From: Anaerolineales bacterium
GTDB taxonomy: Bacteria > Chloroflexota > Anaerolineae > Anaerolineales > UBA4823
DNA: 61,471 nt
Assembly (NCBI GenBank): GCA_036507795.1
Contig: DATCIL010000029.1
Span: 1-61,471, forward strand
Reading direction: 5' to 3'
Below the pieces are notes generated by a model. That model did not search any database, had not been told where the DNA came from, and saw nothing but the letters and a program-made list of their open reading frames with translations. Numbering within the stretch: the stretch's first letter is position 1; every line of letters begins with the position of its first letter. Positions 45,742 through 54,966 of the stretch are shown piece after piece. Both the position numbers and the translations under genes were made by a program.

Positions 45742-47838
45742 GTGGTGGAAACAAAGATGATCCAAAATCCTTATAAATCAAGCAACATACTCTTTCGGAT
45801 CTCCAGAGTCTTCTGGCCCGAATTGAGGGAGATGAACGAACAGCGCAGACTCGTGGGCACGGGGGACGTAATCACTTTCCTTTATAGCCTACCCCTGGCA
45901 ATAGCAGGCGTGGCTTGGTTGCTGCAGACTACTGATTTTCATTTTTTCAGGCAGGAAACATTTATCTTCCTGTTGGTACTTGGGCTGTTCAGCATTTTCC
46001 AAGAGATAGATTACTTCATCATCATTGAAATTCGCCAGGATCGCTATGGAAGTGGCGATGGCTCACTGGGACTCATGGTTTTTTGGTCGGCTGTTTTCCT
46101 GTTTGGAGTGGAAGCTATCTGGATAGCTATCCTATGGCAATTCGTAAATTTAGCAAGAAGGCTGCCGCAATCTAACTCCACGGCAGCCCGTTGGAACCTA
46201 ATTCGCAATTTTACCTGCGAAACGGCTACCACCACGTTTGGGATTCTATTTGCCCTCTCTGTGTACCGATCGTTAGGAGGCCAAATTCCAATTTCTGGCT
46301 TATCCGTGGCAACGATCATACCTGCAATCACGGCTCTGACAATCCATTTCTTACTGGTTTTGCTGGTGTGGAGCGGTTACATCGCATACCACCTACACGT
46401 ACAAAGAAATCTTTCTGAAGGAAATTCATTTGGCCCAATACTGAAATTTTTCCTCCTGATAATTGGACTGCCTTACCTGGCAAATCCATTTGCCATCCTG
46501 GCGGCCGGTCTTTTTGTGCAAGATGGCGTGGCCATCTACCTGTTCTTCATTACTGGCATGTTATTAGTAGCCTATATGGCCAGGAGACTGAGCTGGTCCG
46601 TCGAGAGCGGTCGCCAACAGTTCCGCCAGCTCGAAAAGCTGGAGCAGCTAGGCCGGGCGATCATCGACGCTCCACCCGACGCCTCAGAACTCCCCGATAT
46701 TCTGAAAGATCACGTCCCGAATATGTTTCCCTCCGGCCGCGTTGCTGTTTGGCTCGCTCCCGACTATTTGATGTTCAATCATCCCGAGGATTGGGAGGCG
46801 CTTCCCGCTGGAGTTTGGGATTACTTGCTTCATCAGGAGGCACCACAAGCCTTTACTGCAAAAGACGAATTGCCCTGGGACAAAGATTCTGTGGACCACA
46901 ACGCGGTCATCTTGGCTCCCGTCCTAAATGTCAGGAGCGGTCGCGCTATCGGCGGTATTTATTTTGAGTTGCGAACATTGGTGAAACCTTGGGATGTCAG
47001 GAGTCTGAACAGTCTCTTTCCAGGCGTTCAATCTCTCGCAGCACAGATCGCCTCCGCTCTTCACCAATCCGAGGTCTACCACCAGACGCTAGAGTATCAA
47101 AAGGTCAGTCAGGAATTGCAGTTGGCGGGCAGGATACAAGCGAGCTTCCTACCGAATAAATTTCCCGCCATTCCAGGATGGCAATTAGCGGTTACTCTTT
47201 TGCCAGCCAGAGAAACTTCTGGAGACTTTTTTGACGTGATTGAGCTGAACCATAAACAATTGGGAGTACTGATCGCCGATGTAGCCGATAAAGGAGTCGG
47301 TCCTGCCCTCTATATGGCTCTCAGCCGCACACTCATCCGCACTTACGCAATTGAATATGACGCCGATCCCGAAGTGATATTCTACGCCGCAAATCAGCGG
47401 TTGCTAAAGGACGCCCGGGCGAATTTATTCGTCACCGCCTTCTATGGTGTTCTGGACCCCAGTGCTGGAACCCTCACTTACTGCAACGCCGGCCATAACC
47501 CGCCATACCTGTTTAAGAGTTCAGGTAATGGTCATGTACAGCCCCTTGAACGCACCGGAATGGCTCTTGGAGTTGAAGAAGGTGCAACCTGGTTGCAGGC
47601 AAGCGTTCAAATCCAGCCAGGAGATGTGCTGATACTGTTTACGGACGGAATACCTGACGCACAAAATGACCGGTATGAATTCTTTGATGAAGAGTCTTTA
47701 ATCGAGGTCGTCCAAGACAATCTCAATCTCAGTGCCCATGAATTACAATCTGCTATCCTAAAAGCTATCCAAGACTTTGCCGGAAATTCCCCCCAGTTTG
47801 ACGATATTACTTTGATGATCCTTGCAAGGGATCTCTAA
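45742..47838 (+). CDS. Membrane-bound PP2C-type (SpoIIE/RsbU-like) serine phosphatase
   Basis: About 8 N-terminal TM helices and a central GAF-like region. PP2C blocks TSGDFFDV, IADVADKGVGPALYMA, LFTDGIPDAQN and DDITLMIL. An alternative ATG lies at 45757. Confidence 0.85.
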   Translation: MVETKMIQNPYKSSNILFRISRVFWPELREMNEQRRLVGTGDVITFLYSLPLAIAGVAWLLQTTDFHFFRQETFIFLLVLGLFSIFQEIDYFIIIEIRQDRYGSGDGSLGLMVFWSAVFLFGVEAIWIAILWQFVNLARRLPQSNSTAARWNLIRNFTCETATTTFGILFALSVYRSLGGQIPISGLSVATIIPAITALTIHFLLVLLVWSGYIAYHLHVQRNLSEGNSFGPILKFFLLIIGLPYLANPFAILAAGLFVQDGVAIYLFFITGMLLVAYMARRLSWSVESGRQQFRQLEKLEQLGRAIIDAPPDASELPDILKDHVPNMFPSGRVAVWLAPDYLMFNHPEDWEALPAGVWDYLLHQEAPQAFTAKDELPWDKDSVDHNAVILAPVLNVRSGRAIGGIYFELRTLVKPWDVRSLNSLFPGVQSLAAQIASALHQSEVYHQTLEYQKVSQELQLAGRIQASFLPNKFPAIPGWQLAVTLLPARETSGDFFDVIELNHKQLGVLIADVADKGVGPALYMALSRTLIRTYAIEYDADPEVIFYAANQRLLKDARANLFVTAFYGVLDPSAGTLTYCNAGHNPPYLFKSSGNGHVQPLERTGMALGVEEGATWLQASVQIQPGDVLILFTDGIPDAQNDRYEFFDEESLIEVVQDNLNLSAHELQSAILKAIQDFAGNSPQFDDITLMILARDL

Positions 47839-47851
47839 GGTGGAGATTCAT

Positions 47852-48265
47852 CTACTCGGGAAGATGCTTTACCAAAGTCAATACGTTCCCTGATTTTTGG
47901 TTGAATTCAAACCGAATCTCGTCCATCAACTTTCTCATGAGAAATAGGCCTGCCCCGCGCGGCTTAAGCTCCTCGATCGGCGCACCAAAATTCGGCTCTT
48001 GTATTTTCTCAGGATCGAAAGGTTGCCCTTTGTCTCTCAATGTTATCGTCAGTCGGTTATTGGCGATGCTATAAGTACATTGAATATCACCTTTGTTCTC
48101 GCCCCCATAGGCATGCTCGATAATATTGGAACAGGCTTCATCAACGGCGAGCTGGACCGCATAAGTCGTGGAATCATCAACGCCAGCTTTTTTAGTCGCC
48201 CGTTCGATAAATTTTCCGATTTTTGCCAGACTGTCAAACCGAGCCGGGAAGGTCGCCGTAGGCAT
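47852..48265 (-). CDS. Anti-sigma-factor-type serine kinase (RsbW/SpoIIAB-like HATPase)
   Basis: 137 aa. DEACSNIIEHAY N-box and RGAGLFLMRKLMDE G-box. Confidence 0.85.
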   Translation of the reverse strand: MPTATFPARFDSLAKIGKFIERATKKAGVDDSTTYAVQLAVDEACSNIIEHAYGGENKGDIQCTYSIANNRLTITLRDKGQPFDPEKIQEPNFGAPIEELKPRGAGLFLMRKLMDEIRFEFNQKSGNVLTLVKHLPE

Positions 48266-48287
48266 CTGATCCTGCGTTTTAACAGCG

Positions 48288-48623
48288 TTAGAAGCTAGCC
48301 ACCGCTGAAGTCATATCATCATAGATTTTGAAGTATGATCCCATGCCGACGAGGTCGAGGGATTCCCGAATGCGATCTTTAACATTGGCAAGGACCAACT
48401 CACCACGATTATACCTGCGGCACTTCTTCTGGGTTTCGATCAACACCCACCAGCCCTTGCTGGACATGAAATCAACCTCGCTCATATCGAGCACGATTTT
48501 GTACTTACCATTGCCGGTAAGCTGGTTCAGGACTTCCTCCAGTTCGGGCGCAGTATAGCTATCGATGCGTCCATTCGCCTTAACGACCTCGCAACGCTTA
48601 TACTCGGTAGTTGTGATCTCCAT
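48288..48623 (-). CDS. STAS-domain anti-sigma-factor antagonist, copy 1
   Basis: 111 aa. GRIDSYTAPELEE and the phosphorylatable-Ser context VDFMSSKG. Confidence 0.85.
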   Translation of the reverse strand: MEITTTEYKRCEVVKANGRIDSYTAPELEEVLNQLTGNGKYKIVLDMSEVDFMSSKGWWVLIETQKKCRRYNRGELVLANVKDRIRESLDLVGMGSYFKIYDDMTSAVASF

Positions 48624-48742
48624 CCTTCAGCTCCGTTGGTTATGATCTATTGGTGACAACAAGGAAAAAATTCGGAGTGAGTATATCACAGATTTAATGA
48701 ATCTTGACGTGCAAAAGGGCCTGTGGTAAGCTTCAGCGGCTT

Positions 48743-48816
48743 GGTCCCGTGGTGTAGTGGCCAAACATGCAGCCCTGTCAAGGCTGAGATCGCGGGTTCG
48801 AATCCCGTCGGGACCG
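48743..48816 (+). tRNA. tRNA-Asp (anticodon GTC)
   Basis: Hand-folded cloverleaf. Acceptor GGTCCCG / CGGGACC, anticodon stem CAGCC / GGCTG with loop CTGTCAA, T-arm GCGGG TTCGAAT CCCGT, discriminator G. CCA is not encoded. Confidence 0.9.
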
Positions 48817-48826
48817 CTGCAACTAA

Positions 48827-48855
48827 AATCGCCCAACTCCGATCGGGCGATTTTT
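48827..48855 (+). terminator. Intrinsic terminator after tRNA-Asp
   Basis: AATCGCCC / GGGCGATT stem, 10-nt loop, T5 run. Confidence 0.6.
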
Positions 48856-48896
48856 GGCTTACACTATAATTCAACTTCCAACAGGAGCGACCAACA

Positions 48897-49232
48897 ATGG
48901 AAATATCAACTACCCGGTATAAACGCTGTGATGTTATCAAACCCGTAGGCCGGATTGACGCTTATACTGCGCCTGCCCTGGAAGAAGCGCTGGCGACGGT
49001 CACCGATGAGAAGCGATTCAATATCGTGATGGATTTGAGCGATGTGGACTTTCTATCCAGCAGAGGCCTATGGCTTCTCACCGAGGTCCAGAAAAAATGC
49101 CGCAGGTATAATCGCGGCGAATTAGTATTAGCCGGTGTCAAAAAAGAGATCCGAGATACTTTAAACCTCGCCGGCTTAGATGGATATTTTCAATTCTATG
49201 ACAATGTCACCGCTGCCGTCGCAAGTTTTTGA
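48897..49232 (+). CDS. STAS-domain anti-sigma-factor antagonist, copy 2
   Basis: 111 aa. Aligns without gaps to copy 1, with 69/111 identical residues by my hand count. Ser context VDFLSSRG. Confidence 0.85.
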   Translation: MEISTTRYKRCDVIKPVGRIDAYTAPALEEALATVTDEKRFNIVMDLSDVDFLSSRGLWLLTEVQKKCRRYNRGELVLAGVKKEIRDTLNLAGLDGYFQFYDNVTAAVASF

Positions 49233-49245
49233 GATTTCGATTCGT

Positions 49246-50748
49246 CTAGTGCCGGAAGTGCCGCACACCTGTAAATACCATCGCCAAATTGTGTTGGTTG
49301 CAAGCTTCAATTGATAGATCATCGCGGACCGAACCACCTGGCTGAATGATAGCAGTGATCCCCCATTTCGCCGCGGCCTCCACGACGTCGGGGAATGGGA
49401 AAAAAGCATCTGAGGCCATGACCGCACCTTTCGACCGTTTGCCGGCCCGATCGGCAGCAATCTTTACACAATCTACTCGATTGGGCTGACCGCCGCCGAT
49501 ACCGACCGTTGCTTCCCCGGCGGCAAAGACAATGGCGTTGGATTTTACCGACTGGCACGCTTTCCAGGCAAAGCGCAGCCCGACCCACTCTTCGTCTGTT
49601 GGCTCTCGTTTCGTTGCGACCCGCCACTCCGTGCCCTGCGGATCCCCAAGATCGATTGTCTGGCGTACCATCCCCCACACGATTGAGCGATATTCGTATC
49701 GGTCTCCCGGTTTCGCCGAGCCCATCTCCAAAACTCGTAGATTCTCCTTCTTGGAGAGGATGTGCGCGGCTTCAGAGGTAAAACTGGGGGCCGCAATGCA
49801 TTCGACGAAGAGATTCCCTAATTGCAGCGCTATCGCTTCATCAAATGGGCGGTTGACGGCAATCACGCTGCCGAAGGCAGACACGGGGTCTGAATTCAAT
49901 GCGGGCTGATAGGCGGAAGCCAGATTATCTGCGGACGCAATTCCGCAAGGAGAAAGATGTTTGACGATACACACTGTCGGCCGCTCAAATAAATTGACGG
50001 CGCGCCAGGCAGCATCGAGATCCAGGAGATTGTTGTAAGATAAAGGTTTTCCTTGCAGTTGCTGCCCACCCATCGGACCGCTGCCTGGTACAAACCCATA
50101 GACCCGGGCTTCTTGATGCCAATTTTCTCCATAGCGGAGAGTCTGAATAGGATACAGGTGCAGCTCCACCATCCCTTCCTGGTGCAGAAATCTAGCGATC
50201 GAGGCATCATAGGAGGCAGTATGAGCAAAAGCCTTTTCCGCCAGTGCCCTTCGAGTTTCGAAATGTACAGCACCGTTCGCTTTTAGTTCAGCCAAAACCG
50301 TTCCATAGTCTGCTGGAGAGGTAATCACAACAGCCCGCTGAAAATTTTTCGCTGCTGCTCTCAGGAGTGTCACTCCTCCAATATCGATATATTCGAGTGC
50401 ATCCTCGAAGGCAACGCCTTCACGGGAAATGGCGCTTTGAAATGGATACAAATTACAGGCGACCAGGTCGATAAATCGAGCATTTATGCGTGAAAGGTCA
50501 GCTGCATCCTTATCCGTGTTACGGGCAAGTAATCCACCTGCTACGGCCGGATGCAAGGTTTTAACCCTGCCATCCAGAATCTCAGGAGATCCGGTATAAT
50601 CCGCAACCTCGACGACAGATAGGCCAGCATCACGCAAGACTCGGGCAGTGCCGCCGCTGGCTAAAAAATCCCAGCCTAGCTCCTTAAGTCCCCCAGCAAA
50701 TTCCAGTAATGCAGTTTTGTCCGATACAGAGAATAACGCCAATGGCAC
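49246..50748 (-). CDS. purH: Bifunctional AICAR transformylase / IMP cyclohydrolase
   Basis: SVSDKT...LASGGTA MGS-like N-domain, DGRVKTLHP block, about 500 aa. Confidence 0.9.
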   Translation of the reverse strand: MPLALFSVSDKTALLEFAGGLKELGWDFLASGGTARVLRDAGLSVVEVADYTGSPEILDGRVKTLHPAVAGGLLARNTDKDAADLSRINARFIDLVACNLYPFQSAISREGVAFEDALEYIDIGGVTLLRAAAKNFQRAVVITSPADYGTVLAELKANGAVHFETRRALAEKAFAHTASYDASIARFLHQEGMVELHLYPIQTLRYGENWHQEARVYGFVPGSGPMGGQQLQGKPLSYNNLLDLDAAWRAVNLFERPTVCIVKHLSPCGIASADNLASAYQPALNSDPVSAFGSVIAVNRPFDEAIALQLGNLFVECIAAPSFTSEAAHILSKKENLRVLEMGSAKPGDRYEYRSIVWGMVRQTIDLGDPQGTEWRVATKREPTDEEWVGLRFAWKACQSVKSNAIVFAAGEATVGIGGGQPNRVDCVKIAADRAGKRSKGAVMASDAFFPFPDVVEAAAKWGITAIIQPGGSVRDDLSIEACNQHNLAMVFTGVRHFRH

Positions 50749-50822
50749 GAAAGACCTCCTCTTGCAAACATCACGAATTTTAATTCCGTAATAGGGTAAA
50801 ATTCTCCCGAAAAGGAGGAGAC

Positions 50823-51695
50823 ATGAGCAACGCGATTATACAACTATATCCCTTACCCACCCAGGAGGTTCCACTCCAGGGTCTTTATTTGAGCCATCAT
50901 CTGCGAGAAATAACCCCGGGAAACGCCAAAACTCTCGTATACAGCAACTACATCAGCAGCATTGATGGGCGCATTGCCATCCCTCACCCCACAAAACGTG
51001 GCATGATGGTCCCACAACAGATCGCAAACCCTCGTGATTGGCGTTTATTCCAGGAACTGGCGGTCCAGGCCGACATCCTGATTACCAGCGGTCGATATCT
51101 ACGCGATTATGCCGATGGTCGCGCTCAAGAGATTCTGCGCGTTTATGATGATCCCCAATTTGCTGATCTAAAAGATTGGCGCGCTGACCAGGGACTAAAG
51201 GACCAGCCCGATCTGGCTGTCATTAGCGGCAGCCTTGATTTTCCTGTTCCGGAAGTACTGACCAGAGGTGGTCGTTCTCTTTATATTTTTACGATTGATA
51301 AGGCTGACCCTGATCGGATAAAAATGTTGGAAGCGCAGGCAGGAAAGGTGATCATCGCCGGCGAGGATAGCGTGGATGGTCGCCGCCTGGTCGATTGCCT
51401 GGCGGAATACGGTTATCGAGTTATCTACAACTCAACCGGCCCAAAAGTGCTACACTTGCTCTTGTCCGGTGGCGTATTGGACCGGCTATATTTGACAACC
51501 GCGGCGCGCATATTAGGAGGTAACCCGTTTTCGAGCATAGTTGAAGGGGATTTATTTGATCCACCAATAGATTTTCAGCTCAAAATGGTATATTTTGATC
51601 CCCACGCCCTCAACGGCGTTGGACAAATCCTGACTTCCTATGATCGCAGTCTAATTACTTACAGGCCCGAATCCGAAACAAACCGATTAAGTTGA
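50823..51695 (+). CDS. RibD C-terminal-domain (dihydrofolate-reductase-like) family protein
   Basis: ISSIDGRIA and GPKVLHLLLSGGVLDRLYLTTAARILGG blocks. No deaminase domain. Confidence 0.7.
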   Translation: MSNAIIQLYPLPTQEVPLQGLYLSHHLREITPGNAKTLVYSNYISSIDGRIAIPHPTKRGMMVPQQIANPRDWRLFQELAVQADILITSGRYLRDYADGRAQEILRVYDDPQFADLKDWRADQGLKDQPDLAVISGSLDFPVPEVLTRGGRSLYIFTIDKADPDRIKMLEAQAGKVIIAGEDSVDGRRLVDCLAEYGYRVIYNSTGPKVLHLLLSGGVLDRLYLTTAARILGGNPFSSIVEGDLFDPPIDFQLKMVYFDPHALNGVGQILTSYDRSLITYRPESETNRLS

Positions 51696-51773
51696 AGTTG
51701 GTTCCGATTCGCTGGCGGCACCCCGATCCAAACCGAGCCATCGCCGGAATTCCTGCTGAGCTCTGAATGCTGT

Positions 51774-52373
51774 CTACGGAGCTAAGGGCTCCGGTGCACG
51801 ATTGCGGTTTTGTTTTACGAAGAGAAGAAACTCCTCTCGATTAAATGTCTCCGCCCGGTACAGCTTGCCCCAACTGGTATAGGTAATCAAATATTCCATT
51901 CCTGGTCGGGGCACGGCCGCAATTTTTAGGGTTCGAGTTGATGGCACCACGCCAGCAGCATCCATGGCCTGGCGAATTCCATCCTTAAGCTCTTCACAAG
52001 CCGTATCCGATAAACCCGAGCAGTTGTAGTAAACAACGATGTGCCCATGTTCCAGGTTGTGCACCAGTCTTTCATCCGGTGGCGCCTCTTCATAAAATCC
52101 AGCTTCGGCTGGTTGGGCATAGTGCTGGCCTGAAGTCGGCGGATCGGAATTGTAATCGACAGCTCTCTGCCCTTCCGGGATATGCTCTGCGCCGGCAATT
52201 GGAATTTCCTCGCCCAGAATCGGCTCGGGCTGCATCGCCGCCCAGACCGCATAAACCAGTAACGCCAGGAAAGCAATCGCCGCAACTCCCGCCAATGAGA
52301 TGATGGCAATCCGGCGCCTGTTAGATTGTGGTCTGAAACTCTTTGAAGTCTTCTTTGCCATGATTAATATCAA
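51774..52373 (-). CDS. DUF3105-family membrane-anchored protein
   Basis: N-terminal TM anchor, then YNSDPPTSGQHY ... LVHNLEHGHIVVYYN, which matches my memory of DUF3105. An alternative start MAKKTSK lies at 52361. Confidence 0.65.
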   Translation of the reverse strand: MILIMAKKTSKSFRPQSNRRRIAIISLAGVAAIAFLALLVYAVWAAMQPEPILGEEIPIAGAEHIPEGQRAVDYNSDPPTSGQHYAQPAEAGFYEEAPPDERLVHNLEHGHIVVYYNCSGLSDTACEELKDGIRQAMDAAGVVPSTRTLKIAAVPRPGMEYLITYTSWGKLYRAETFNREEFLLFVKQNRNRAPEPLAP

Positions 52374-52555
52374 TGCATATGGTGCATATCTCTGCCGGTG
52401 TCCGTCCCAGCTTGATCAAGATACTTTTCCGGATCTTTCTCAAAAGCAGATTTGCATCCTGGAGCACAAAAGTAATAGGTCTTTCCTCTGTACTCATAGG
52501 TTGCCGCAGCGGACTGTTCATCAACTTCCATACCACAAACGGGGTCGATTGCCAT
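52370..52555 (-). CDS. YHS/TRASH-domain metal-binding mini-protein
   Basis: DPVCGMEVDE...YEYRGKTYYFCAPGCKSAFEKDPEKY is the YHS signature. His-rich C-terminus DMHHMH. Confidence 0.8.
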   Translation of the reverse strand: MAIDPVCGMEVDEQSAAATYEYRGKTYYFCAPGCKSAFEKDPEKYLDQAGTDTGRDMHHMH

Positions 52556-52777
52556 AATCTGTAACCTCCTATGAAAATAATTAGATAGATATAAATCGGC
52601 CCGACTATTTCTGACAAGTTGCGTCTACTCTTCTATTTTACTATATACGCGATGCGAACTTTGAAATGCTTAGAATCTTTACATAAACTAATTGCTTTTG
52701 GGTACAATCAGTTAAAATTTATCAGAGAAACACGCTAAATATATTGCCCTGGAGAGGGTTGCAATCTTAGATAGCTC

Positions 52778-54184
52778 ATGGACTTCATCCGTAATTTTTT
52801 TGTAATTAACCGGGACATTATATACTTTGCCTATGGCTTGGTGTTTTTCGTGCTTGGGTTGGCTATTGCGCTGCAATCAAGAAACTATTCGCGGTTGGAC
52901 CTGGCCCGCAGCTTGAAGTGGCTGGCAGCTTTTGGGTTCACGCATGGTCTTAATGAATGGGGAGATCTTTTTATTCCGATCCAGGCAAATTACCTTAGCC
53001 CTCAAACCATCAAAATCCTGCATGAAGTCCACCTGCTGCTGCTTGCCACTTCCTTTGCCTTTCTTTTTGAGTTCGGCGTAAACCTTTTGAGATCGCTGCA
53101 ACGCGCCCGGTGGCTGCATGGCTTCTCGGCCGGATTGACGGCGCTCTGGTTCTTTATCGTATTCTTCCCTTTGCCCAGGCTCCTACCTGAATTCGATGTC
53201 TGGCACAATACGGCCAATGCATTGGCCCGTTACTTTATCGGATTTCCCGCTGGCATTTTGGCCGCCGCGGGCCTGCGGCAGCATACCCTGGAGAGAATTG
53301 TGCCCTTGCAGGTACCTCAAATCGTGCGTGTGCTCCAATTTGCCGGTATCATGCTTTTCTTCTATGCCATGTTCGGGGGACTCATTCCGCCGCCCATACC
53401 CTTTTTTCCCGGAAATATCCTCAATTCCGAAACATTGGAACAACTTTTGGGAGCCCCGCCTCCGGTTTTCCGCTCCATCATCGGTTTAGGTCTTTCAATT
53501 GCTATCATTCGCGGCCTGGAAGTATTTGATGTTGAAACCGACAGGATGATCGAAGCAATGGAACAACAACAGATTCTTAACGCCGAACGCGACCGCATCG
53601 CTCGCCAGCTCCATGATGGCGCAATCCAGAAGGTTTATACAGCCGGGCTGCTGGTCGAGTCCGCCCGTCATCTGGCCAAGGAGGAAACGGATGTCGTGAC
53701 TAGCAGATTGGAAAAGGCGCAGAACGTGCTCAATGACGCCATCAGCGATTTACGGCGCAACCTGGGCGAGCTGTACATCAGTCCTCCGGAAGAACCCTTT
53801 GAAGAAGCGATTCAAAAACTCTCGAATGACCCTAGATTCAGGTCATTGGTTAATGTTTCGTTGGAGGTCGAGCTACCTGAATCAGAATCCCTCTCACCAA
53901 TCCGTTCAGACCACGTATTAGCGATTGTACAAGAGGCCCTCTCAAATGTCATCAGGCACAGCCGCGCCAGCGAGGTAAGAATTTCAGCGCGAAAATCTGA
54001 TGGAGAATTGAAAGTGACGATTAAGGATAATGGAGTTGGTCTGCCGGCAGAAATACAGGCAGGCTATGGACTGCGAAATATGCGGGATCGAGCCAGGTTA
54101 TTGGGGGGGCAAATCGACATCCGCAACAACAACGGCAGGGGCTCCCTGGTCGAACTTAGTATTCCCTGGAAAGACGAAAGATAA
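52778..54184 (+). CDS. Polytopic membrane sensor histidine kinase (HisKA_3 + HATPase_c)
   Basis: About 6-7 TM helices, H-box ERDRIARQLHDGAIQKVY, and boxes EALSNVIRHS, IKDNGVGL and GYGLRNMRDRARLLGG. Confidence 0.85.
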   Translation: MDFIRNFFVINRDIIYFAYGLVFFVLGLAIALQSRNYSRLDLARSLKWLAAFGFTHGLNEWGDLFIPIQANYLSPQTIKILHEVHLLLLATSFAFLFEFGVNLLRSLQRARWLHGFSAGLTALWFFIVFFPLPRLLPEFDVWHNTANALARYFIGFPAGILAAAGLRQHTLERIVPLQVPQIVRVLQFAGIMLFFYAMFGGLIPPPIPFFPGNILNSETLEQLLGAPPPVFRSIIGLGLSIAIIRGLEVFDVETDRMIEAMEQQQILNAERDRIARQLHDGAIQKVYTAGLLVESARHLAKEETDVVTSRLEKAQNVLNDAISDLRRNLGELYISPPEEPFEEAIQKLSNDPRFRSLVNVSLEVELPESESLSPIRSDHVLAIVQEALSNVIRHSRASEVRISARKSDGELKVTIKDNGVGLPAEIQAGYGLRNMRDRARLLGGQIDIRNNNGRGSLVELSIPWKDER

Positions 54185-54187
54185 ATC

Positions 54188-54853
54188 ATGGCCAAAACCC
54201 GCGTTTTGCTGGTAGATGATCACGAAATTGTCAGGCTTGGTCTGATGACGCTAATCGATGACCAACCTGACATGAAAGTCGTAGGGGAGGCCGGTACTGC
54301 TGCCGAGGCTGTTCGCCTGGTTGAACGCCTGGATCCCCATGTCGTGTTAATGGACGTCAGGCTGCCCGGCGAAGGTGGCATCGAAGCCACCCGCACGATG
54401 ACGACCCGCTTCCCAAACACGCACGTGGTTATGCTGACTTCCTTTGCAGACGAAGACCTGGTCATCCGCGCAATAAGAGCTGGAGCAGTAGGATATGTAC
54501 TAAAACAGGTCGGCAATGAAGAACTTATCCGGGCCATCAGAGCGGCTGCTCGCGGCAAAGCCCTCCTGGATCCCTCCACAACCGTCCGGCTTTTGTCACG
54601 CGTTCGCGAAGCGGAAAGGAAAGCAGATTCAAACGCTTTCAGAGATCTCTCTGAACGTGAGTTGGATGTCTTGGCGGAAGTTGCCCGAGGAAAAACCAAC
54701 GCCGAGATTGGGAGCACTCTCAATCTCAGTGAAAAAACTGTGCGAAATTACGTCAGCACGATTCTCAGCAAGATGAACCTCTCCAACCGCATCGAACTGG
54801 CAACTTATGCCATCGAGCATCACCTGTTCGACCGGCTGAGGAGGGATGAATAG
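54188..54853 (+). CDS. NarL/LuxR-family response regulator
   Basis: VVLMDVRLPGEGG acceptor context and LuxR HTH LSERELDVLAEVARGKTNAEIGSTLNLSEKTVRNY. Confidence 0.9.
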   Translation: MAKTRVLLVDDHEIVRLGLMTLIDDQPDMKVVGEAGTAAEAVRLVERLDPHVVLMDVRLPGEGGIEATRTMTTRFPNTHVVMLTSFADEDLVIRAIRAGAVGYVLKQVGNEELIRAIRAAARGKALLDPSTTVRLLSRVREAERKADSNAFRDLSERELDVLAEVARGKTNAEIGSTLNLSEKTVRNYVSTILSKMNLSNRIELATYAIEHHLFDRLRRDE

Positions 54854-54915
54854 GTTAAGGATTTACCAAGGAGGTTCTTGCGAGCAGGAAAATTTTCCAC
54901 CTTACGTGTTATAAG

Positions 54916-54952
54916 AAAAACGGGACGGTGCACAAGACCGTCCCGTTTTTTC
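54916..54952. terminator. Bidirectional intrinsic terminator between convergent genes
   Basis: A5 run, stem ACGGGACGGT (54920-54929), 7-nt loop, ACCGTCCCGT (54937-54946), T-run. Confidence 0.7.
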
Positions 54953-54966
54953 TGTATCAGGGTTTG

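Noticed and set aside
48627-48940. Two minus-strand track ORFs (69 and 84 aa) between the STAS genes.
   Set aside because: They overlap a cleanly folding tRNA-Asp gene and its terminator and have no RBS or motifs.
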